NCBI GenBank assembly: GCA_041694835.1
Contig: JBGFRZ010000067.1
Span: 1 to 43,511 of the forward strand
Direction: 5' to 3'
DNA length: 43,511 bases
From: Ignavibacteria bacterium
GTDB taxonomy: Bacteria; Elusimicrobiota; Endomicrobiia; PHAN01
Shown here: positions 37,378 to 43,511 of the stretch, piece by piece
How positions within the stretch are numbered: position 1 is the first letter of the stretch
How the letters are laid out: every line of letters starts with the position of its first letter
Program-made: the position numbers and the translations under genes
Notes under the pieces: generated by a model
Database searches by the model: none
What the model was told of the DNA's origin: nothing
The model's input: the letters and a program-made list of their open reading frames with translations, nothing else

Positions 37378-38918
37378 TTAAAATCTCTGAAGTTGCAATT
37401 ATTATGTCAGAAAATGACAACATGGCAATCGCAAAAAAAAACACAAAAAAAGGAACTATTTTACAACACTTGCAAGAAAAATTAAAAATTCTTGATTTGA
37501 TTCCACAAGGACATCGATTTGCTTTAACCGATATTCCAAAAGGCAAACTAGTGAAACAATATGGCGAGCCGTTTGGTATATCAACCGGAATAAAACAGGG
37601 CGAAATAATCAGCCAATACAATGTGCGTAGTTATGAACCACGAATTAGACGAATTAAGCGAAATGAATCACGAATTGAACGAAAAAATAAAAAACACAAA
37701 TACGTTGACAAAACATTTTTGGGATACAAACGCTCTGATGGACAAATAGGGACGCGAAATTTCTATCTCGTATTACCAACTTCATTATGTGCAAGTGATG
37801 TGGCTTCAAGGATAGCATTCTTGTTAGACACTAACAAAACGCTGAAGAAAAAATATAAAAATATAGATGGTATAGTTGCTGCATCGCACACAGAGGGTTG
37901 TGGTTGTAACGATGGAGAAATTATTGATAGGTTACTTTTAACTTTAAAAAATACAATTACGCATCCAAACATAGGCGGAGCGTTGATTATCGACCTTGGA
38001 TGTGAAAAAACAAACAAGAAATTATTTTCAAAATATCTGGGAAATATACAAAAGCATAAAAAGCCGATAGACTTTTTATCAATACAGGATTCGGGTGGAA
38101 CAATCAAAAGCATCCTTGCGGGCAAAGACATAATTCTCAAAAGATTACAAAGAGTCAATAATGTTGCAAGACAAAAAGTTTCCATAAAAAATCTTGTTAT
38201 CGGGACAGAGTGCGGGGCATCTGATAGTTTTTCAGGTATTACAGCAAACCCTCTGATTGGGAAAGTGGCGGATAAAATTATTTCTGCAGGTGGGGCTGCT
38301 ATTCTTTCTGAAATACCAGAAATGGTCGGCGCGGAAATAAATCTTATAAAACGAATGAAAAATAAAAATATTGTCCAAAAGTTTATTGACGGAATGAATT
38401 ATTACAAAAATTTAGCAAAAAAATTGAATGTTTCGTTAAAAGGTAATTTTGTTCCTGGGAATGAAAAAGGCGGGCTTGTAAATTTGACATTAAAAAGTTT
38501 AGGTGCGATATTAAAAGGTGGGAGTTCTGAAATAGTTGATTTTGTTGACTATGCCGAAAAAATAAAAAAACGCGGGTTATCAATTATGAATGGTCCGGGC
38601 AATGATTTAGAATCAATGACAGGAATTGTTGCCTCCGGCGCCAACATAATTCTTTTCTCAACAGGCATGGGGGCGACGGAGGGGAATTTAATCGTTCCAG
38701 TAATTAAAATATCTTCTCGGACTGAACTTTACAAAAAAATGATTGATGACATTGATTTTGATGCGGGGTGTTTATTATTGGAGAAAACTTCGATTGATAA
38801 ACTTGGCGACGAATTATTGGACCTGGCTATTGCTGTCTCTTCTGGAAAAAAAACAAAAGCAGAAATACTAAATAAACGTTCATTCCAGATATGGAGTGCC
38901 GGGAAATTGTCTTTATAA
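37374..38918 (+). CDS. UxaA/GarD-family sugar-acid dehydratase (SAF plus catalytic domain)
   Basis: IPQGHRFAL..YGEPFG, GY.RSDG..GTRN, HTEGCG, LGCE, ECGASDSFSGITANP, GNEKGG and FSTG. Confidence 0.88.
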   Translation: MIKISEVAIIMSENDNMAIAKKNTKKGTILQHLQEKLKILDLIPQGHRFALTDIPKGKLVKQYGEPFGISTGIKQGEIISQYNVRSYEPRIRRIKRNESRIERKNKKHKYVDKTFLGYKRSDGQIGTRNFYLVLPTSLCASDVASRIAFLLDTNKTLKKKYKNIDGIVAASHTEGCGCNDGEIIDRLLLTLKNTITHPNIGGALIIDLGCEKTNKKLFSKYLGNIQKHKKPIDFLSIQDSGGTIKSILAGKDIILKRLQRVNNVARQKVSIKNLVIGTECGASDSFSGITANPLIGKVADKIISAGGAAILSEIPEMVGAEINLIKRMKNKNIVQKFIDGMNYYKNLAKKLNVSLKGNFVPGNEKGGLVNLTLKSLGAILKGGSSEIVDFVDYAEKIKKRGLSIMNGPGNDLESMTGIVASGANIILFSTGMGATEGNLIVPVIKISSRTELYKKMIDDIDFDAGCLLLEKTSIDKLGDELLDLAIAVSSGKKTKAEILNKRSFQIWSAGKLSL

Positions 38919-38929
38919 ATAAATTAAAC

Positions 38930-39328
38930 GTGATAAACACAGATAAAAAAGACGATAAACACAGATATAAGTATCAGGAATTGACAGGAAGAATTTTGCA
39001 ATGTGCTTTTGAAGTGCATAATCATTTAGGTTGTGGTTTTTTAGAAAAGGTTTATGAAAGAGCGCTTATACAAGAACTGAAAGCGAAAAATCTCAAAATA
39101 GAATATCAGAAATCTATAAAGATATACTACAAAGCTGAATTTATTGGTAATTATATTGCGGATATTATTGTTGAAGATAAGGTAATAGTAGAATTGAAAG
39201 TTGTAGAATTCCTAACAAAAATCCATAAAGCACAGATGATAAATTATCTCAAAGCTACTGGTTATGAGGTTGGATTGATTCTAAATTTTGCCAAACCCAG
39301 ACTTGAATATCATCGTATTGTTATCTAA
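38930..39328 (+). CDS. GxxExxY protein (PD-(D/E)XK nuclease-like)
   Basis: LGCGFLEKVY, ADIIVEDKVIVELK, HKAQMINYLKA and GLILNF. GTG 38930 preferred over ATG 38891, which overlaps the uxaA-like gene. Confidence 0.93.
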   Translation: MINTDKKDDKHRYKYQELTGRILQCAFEVHNHLGCGFLEKVYERALIQELKAKNLKIEYQKSIKIYYKAEFIGNYIADIIVEDKVIVELKVVEFLTKIHKAQMINYLKATGYEVGLILNFAKPRLEYHRIVI

Positions 39329-39339
39329 CTTGTGGCTTT

Positions 39340-39375
39340 ATCTGTGTCCATCTAAAGTTGTATCTGTGTTAATCT
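39340..39375. repeat. Right-hand ATCTGTGT repeats of the GxxExxY cassette
   Basis: ATCTGTGTCCATCT and ATCTGTGTTAATCT, inverted relative to two AAACACAGAT copies in the first codons of the gene. Confidence 0.8.
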
Positions 39376-39381
39376 TTAGTT

Positions 39382-40020
39382 ATGAAGAAATACAAAGCAA
39401 TACTTTTTGATTTTGACGGTGTTATCGGTAAAACAATGGAAGACAATTACCGTGCATGGAAAAATGCTTTTGCAAAGCATAATATCGTTGTGACTAAAAA
39501 AGAATATTTTTTATTAGAAGGAATGAATGTAAAAAATGTTGCATTATATTTTTTGAAAAAAAACCGCTGTAGCCAAAAATTACTCAAAAAGATTATTGAT
39601 GAGAAGGAAAAATACTATCGTAATCACAATAAATTTAGACTTTATTCCGGGGTAAAAAAAATAATATCATATCTTCAAAAAAAGAAATACCTTTTAGGAT
39701 TAGTAACCGGGGGGGAACGCACAAGAATAATGAGAACATTGAGGGATAATAAATTAAATATTTTTGATGTGGTAATAACAGGAGATGAGATTAGAAAATG
39801 CAAACCAGATCCGGAACCTTATTTAACTGCCGCAAAAAAACTAAAAACTATGCCGTCACAATGTCTGGTGGTTGAAAATGCACCTTTAGGAATTGAATCC
39901 GCGCAACGCGCTGGAATACATAGTATAGCAGTATGTTCTACACTTGATAAAAAGTATTTGAAAAATGCTGATAAAATAATCAATAAAATATCGGAACTTA
40001 AAAAATATGTATCTAAATAA
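39382..40020 (+). CDS. HAD-family phosphatase (beta-phosphoglucomutase-like)
   Basis: FDFDGV, LVTG, KPDPEPY and VVENAPLGIESA. Confidence 0.9.
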   Translation: MKKYKAILFDFDGVIGKTMEDNYRAWKNAFAKHNIVVTKKEYFLLEGMNVKNVALYFLKKNRCSQKLLKKIIDEKEKYYRNHNKFRLYSGVKKIISYLQKKKYLLGLVTGGERTRIMRTLRDNKLNIFDVVITGDEIRKCKPDPEPYLTAAKKLKTMPSQCLVVENAPLGIESAQRAGIHSIAVCSTLDKKYLKNADKIINKISELKKYVSK

Positions 40021-40990
40021 TAAACTTATTTTTTTGGCAGGTTCAACAGGTTCTGTAGGTTCAGCAATACTGAAATATATAGTAAAAAATTATCCGACGG
40101 TAAAAATCCGTGCTGCCTATAATCAGACAGAACCGTTTATTCGGCACGAAAGAATAGAATATGTTAAAGGTAATTTGCGACTGGAAAAAGATTGCAAAAG
40201 AATGATAAAAGGTTGTGATTGTGCAATTATGGCTGCATCTAATTCTGGTGGTTCAAAAGCAATGACCACAGAACCTTGGATTTTTTTAAACGATAACATA
40301 ATTATGAATACACAAATGTTGGAAGCATTTTATTATGAAAATGTAAAACGGGTTGTTTATATCGGCACATCGGCGGTTTATCAGGAATTTGAAGGATACA
40401 TAAAGGAAAACGAATTGGATTTGAACAAAGACCCGTCTATCGCTTATTTTGGATATGGTTGGCTTGTAAGATTTGTTGAAAAGCTGTGCCAGTTCTGGTA
40501 TGAAAAAACTGGTATGGAAATTATTATAGTTCGTGCAGCAAATATTTATGGTCCTTATTCAAGTTTTGACCCCGAAAGGTCTTATTTTATTCCTGCGATT
40601 ATACGGAAAGCAGTTGAAAAAATGGACCCGTTTGATGTATGGGGAAGTCCTGATGTTACACGGGATGTTCTTGATAGTGAAGATTTTGCAAGGGCAATTG
40701 TTATGTTGCTGGGCAATGAGAAAATAAAATTTGATGTTTTTAATGTTGGTTCTGGTATTAAAACTACCGTTGGTGATGTGGTAAATTGGTCGTTGAAGTA
40801 TGCTGAACATAAACCATCAAAAATAAATTATGATTTAACTAAGCCAACTACAATTAAATTCAGGGCACTTGATATTGCAAAAATAAAAAAAAGCATCGGC
40901 TGGCAACCTGAATACACAACCGAAGAAGGAATTAAAAAAACTGTTGAGTGGTGGATAAAAAATAAAGATACATGGAAAAATAAAAAATGA
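40007..40990 (+). CDS. NAD-dependent epimerase/reductase (extended SDR)
   Basis: AGSTGSVGS, RAANIYGP and WGSPDVTRD. Confidence 0.85.
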   Translation: MYLNNKLIFLAGSTGSVGSAILKYIVKNYPTVKIRAAYNQTEPFIRHERIEYVKGNLRLEKDCKRMIKGCDCAIMAASNSGGSKAMTTEPWIFLNDNIIMNTQMLEAFYYENVKRVVYIGTSAVYQEFEGYIKENELDLNKDPSIAYFGYGWLVRFVEKLCQFWYEKTGMEIIIVRAANIYGPYSSFDPERSYFIPAIIRKAVEKMDPFDVWGSPDVTRDVLDSEDFARAIVMLLGNEKIKFDVFNVGSGIKTTVGDVVNWSLKYAEHKPSKINYDLTKPTTIKFRALDIAKIKKSIGWQPEYTTEEGIKKTVEWWIKNKDTWKNKK

Positions 40991-40997
40991 TAATTTG

Positions 40998-41147
40998 ATG
41001 AACACAGATAAAAAAGACGATAAACACAGATATAAATATCAGGAATTGACAGGTGCAATTTTGAACTTTGCAAAACCGAGACTTGAATATTATCGTATAG
41101 TTGTCTAACCATCTGTGTTTATCAAGAAGTTTCATCTGTGTTAATCT
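40998..41147 (+). pseudogene. Internally deleted GxxExxY cassette (36-codon mini-ORF 40998-41108 plus flanking repeats)
   Basis: MNTDKKDDKHRYKYQELTGAIL-NFAKPRLEYYRIVV* matches both ends of the 38930-39328 protein; followed by ATCTGTGTTTATC and ATCTGTGTTAATCT. Confidence 0.92.
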
Positions 41148-41155
41148 GTATTCAT

Positions 41156-42118
41156 ATGAAGAGAAAAATACTTGTATGCGGTAGCACAGGTTTTATTGGT
41201 AGAAATATCGCTGAATCGTTTGCGGAAAATGACGATTTTGAAGTTTATGGAACGTATCTAAAATCCAAACCATTAAATAATCAAAAAATTAGAATGATTA
41301 AAGCTGACCTGACTAACAAAAATGATGTGGATAATGCAATAAAAGGAATGGATATTGTAATTCAGGCAGCAGCAACGACTTCCGGAGCAAAAGATATTAT
41401 CAATAAACCATATTATCATGTTACTGATAACACCATAATGAATGCGCTGATTTTCAGAGCAGCTTTTGAACATAAAATATCGCATTTTATATTTTTCAGT
41501 TGTACAATAATGTATCGTTCAAGCGATGTGCCAGTAAAAGAAACAGATTTTGATGCGAATAAAGAAATATATCCAGCATATTTTGGCGGTGCCTGGATGA
41601 AAGTTTACAATGAAAAAATGTGCGAGTTTTATTCGAGAATAAGCGATACAAAATTTACTGTAATAAGACATTCAAACATCTATGGTCCTTATGATAAATA
41701 TGACCTTGAACGCTCTCATGTTTTTGGCGCGACAATAACAAAAGTTATGACAGCCGAAGAAGGGGATAAAATTGTTGTCTGGGGGGAAGGAAAAGAAGAA
41801 AGGGATTTATTATATGTTTCCGCCCTCGTTGATTTTGTAAAACTTGCAATTGAGAAACAAAAAAATAAATTCGAACTATTTAATGTCGGTTATGGAAGTT
41901 CCATCGCAGTAAATGACCTTGTTAAAAAAATTATTAAATACTCCAGCAAAAATGTCTCAATAGAATATGATTTGACCAAGCCGACAATAAAAACAAAACT
42001 CTGTCTTGATACAACAAAAGCAAAAACATTATTGGGATGGGAGCCAAAAGTAACGCTTGATGAAGGAATTGAAAAAACAATACAATGGTATAAAAAATGG
42101 AACCACGAATTGTTCTAA
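41156..42118 (+). CDS. NAD-dependent epimerase/reductase (extended SDR), paralog of 40007-40990
   Basis: CGSTGFIG, QAAATTSG, RHSNIYGP..SHVF and WGEGKEERD; ATG 41156. Confidence 0.87.
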   Translation: MKRKILVCGSTGFIGRNIAESFAENDDFEVYGTYLKSKPLNNQKIRMIKADLTNKNDVDNAIKGMDIVIQAAATTSGAKDIINKPYYHVTDNTIMNALIFRAAFEHKISHFIFFSCTIMYRSSDVPVKETDFDANKEIYPAYFGGAWMKVYNEKMCEFYSRISDTKFTVIRHSNIYGPYDKYDLERSHVFGATITKVMTAEEGDKIVVWGEGKEERDLLYVSALVDFVKLAIEKQKNKFELFNVGYGSSIAVNDLVKKIIKYSSKNVSIEYDLTKPTIKTKLCLDTTKAKTLLGWEPKVTLDEGIEKTIQWYKKWNHELF

Positions 42119-42163
42119 TTAAACGAATTAAAAAACTTCGTGTAATTCGGTTAATTCGTGGTT
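42101..42163. repeat. AACCACGAATT/AATTCGTGGTT inverted-repeat element
   Basis: Perfect 11-bp terminal inverted repeat (42101-42111 and 42153-42163) with about 9-nt periodic internal CGAATT/AATTCG units; contains the SDR stop codon. Confidence 0.88.
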
Positions 42164-42171
42164 AAAACTGC

Positions 42172-42750
42172 ATGAAAAAGGATTCTTCTTGGAAAGTTAT
42201 AGCAGAAGAAAAAGTTTTTGCTGTCAAAAATCGTTTAACTGTTTCTGTCCAAAAAATAAAATTACCTGACGGTAGAATTATAGACGATTATTACCAGGTT
42301 CACCTACCAGAATCTGTTGTAACAGTAGCACTCACCAACAAGAAGAAAGTAGTAATGTCCCGTCAGTACTTTCATGGGTTCAGAAAAGTTAGCATTGTTT
42401 TGCCAGGCGGAATAATTGAAAATGGTGAAAAACCACTACAAACAGCAAAACGAGAATTATTAGAAGAAACCGGCTATTCATCTAATGACTGGCACTTACT
42501 TGGCAGTTTTGTAACACATGTTCATCAGTTCTGCACTAAAGTCCATTTCTTTTTTGCTGATAATGCAAAACAAATTGCAAAACCACTCTCTAATGACCTT
42601 GAACATATGGAAATTATTTTGATGACGGAAAAGGGAATAATAGACGCTATAAGAAAAGAAGATATTATTTCAATGGGAACTATTACGGCACTAACTCTTG
42701 CAAAAATAAAAATATGCCCAAGCGATAGAACCACGAATTTATCAAATTAG
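42172..42750 (+). CDS. NUDIX hydrolase (ADP-ribose/NDP-sugar pyrophosphatase-like)
   Basis: Nudix box PGGIIENGEKPLQTAKRELLEETGY. Confidence 0.92.
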   Translation: MKKDSSWKVIAEEKVFAVKNRLTVSVQKIKLPDGRIIDDYYQVHLPESVVTVALTNKKKVVMSRQYFHGFRKVSIVLPGGIIENGEKPLQTAKRELLEETGYSSNDWHLLGSFVTHVHQFCTKVHFFFADNAKQIAKPLSNDLEHMEIILMTEKGIIDAIRKEDIISMGTITALTLAKIKICPSDRTTNLSN

Positions 42751-42790
42751 ACGAATTAAAAAATTCGTGTAATTCGTGTAATTCGTGCTT
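42729..42790. repeat. AACCACGAATT/AATTCGTG element, another copy
   Basis: AACCACGAATTTATCAAATTAGACGAATT..AATTCGTGTAATTCGTGTAATTCGTGCTT; contains the NUDIX stop codon. Confidence 0.88.
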
Positions 42791-42796
42791 AGAATT

Positions 42797-43511
42797 ATGT
42801 TGAAAATTGGATTTATTTTCCCGAGCAGTGAATATTTACACGACCCGTTCAGGGGAGACCCGCACACACATTTTCAGATATTAACCGTGTTAGAGGAACA
42901 TTTTGAAAACAAAGTTGAACTTTCACTGATTGATTTACGAGGTATAAAAAAAGAATATGCAATTTATCATATACCGGAATGTGATGTCTATCTTCATTCA
43001 GTTTATACGCTTGATTACAATGAACAGGTATCAATAGTAAAAAATTTAAGAGAACGTTATCCTGAAGCAAAACACATTGCCGGTGGACCTCATATAGTTG
43101 AATTTCAGGAAGAATCTCTTAAAATATTTGATTCTCTTATTATCGGTGAAGGTGAAGAATCAATTATTGAGGCAACAATTGATTTTACAAACTCTGGCCT
43201 AAAAAAAATCTATAATCAGAAATCACCTATAGATATCAATGCTTATCCATATCCAAGCAGAAAATATCTACCTAAATCTACAATTGCCAGAAGAAATATG
43301 ATGACTCTTAAAAATAAAACTGGCTATGATGAACTATTAGGCACAACAGTTGTATTTAGTAGAGGTTGTCCGTATAACTGTTATTTTTGTGCAATGCCTA
43401 ATTACAGTTATAGAGAATTTAGTCCTGGTGTAAGATACAGACGACCCGAATTAGTTCAGGAAGAGATAGAATATTTGAAACACGATTACGGTATTCAAGG
43501 AATAAATCTAC
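42797..43511 (+). CDS. B12-binding radical SAM protein (truncated by the window end; absent from the ORF track)
   Basis: ATG 42797 (MLKIGFIFP..), IAGGPH and IIGEGEE, and in-frame SRGCPYNCYFC (Arg codon at 43361). Confidence 0.88.
   Translation, partial: MLKIGFIFPSSEYLHDPFRGDPHTHFQILTVLEEHFENKVELSLIDLRGIKKEYAIYHIPECDVYLHSVYTLDYNEQVSIVKNLRERYPEAKHIAGGPHIVEFQEESLKIFDSLIIGEGEESIIEATIDFTNSGLKKIYNQKSPIDINAYPYPSRKYLPKSTIARRNMMTLKNKTGYDELLGTTVVFSRGCPYNCYFCAMPNYSYREFSPGVRYRRPELVQEEIEYLKHDYGIQGINL

Noticed and set aside
39382-40020. HAD protein as GmhB heptose-bisphosphate phosphatase
   Set aside because: Has DFDGV and a beta-PGM-type layout, not the GmhB DRDG and CxCRKP motifs.
39280-41108. GxxExxY 3' end and its mini copy as a DGR variable/template pair
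   Set aside because: Mismatches are not adenine-specific and are mostly synonymous; no reverse transcriptase is in the window.
34725-42790. Recurrent repeats as a CRISPR array or integron attC sites
   Set aside because: No regular repeat-spacer period, no cas or integrase gene, and no consistent RYYYAAC/GTTRRRY ends.
42849-43070. Minus-strand 73-aa ORF
   Set aside because: Antisense to the radical SAM gene that starts at 42797.
1-43511. tRNA, rRNA, transposase or integrase genes
   Set aside because: None recognised by eye; not excluded without covariance-model and HMM searches.

Overview
Bacterial chromosomal segment from a diderm organism (LolA and a PilQ secretin are present). An Elusimicrobiota-like origin is only my impression. 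1-5104 (minus strand): TPR membrane protein, aroE, PIN/TRAM protein, ispD, ispF, and a TPR membrane protein whose 3' end is overwritten by a palindromic MITE-like element. 5293-12587: rpsO, pnp, accB, a small wHTH protein, uppP, ftsK, lolA and a rimO remnant. 12971-17811: pilMNOPQ, running directly into an O-antigen-ligase-like gene, two YfhO/GT-C-like genes and glycosyltransferases. From about 27.7 kb to the end: an unusual GDP-heptose-derived sugar pathway (HddA/HddC, a His-for-Lys E1-type dehydrase, a Cj1427-like oxidoreductase, a 4,6-dehydratase, a TPP E1 alpha/beta pair, an Fcl-cupin fusion, UxaA-like, HAD, two SDRs, NUDIX, B12-radical SAM). The most striking non-coding signal is that many gene junctions, especially in the glycan locus, carry short palindromic elements of at least six families. 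These include a GxxExxY (PD-(D/E)XK) gene present as intact, in-frame-deleted and empty copies. Several elements supply stop codons, sit in frame inside proteins, or bracket single sugar genes as direct repeats.
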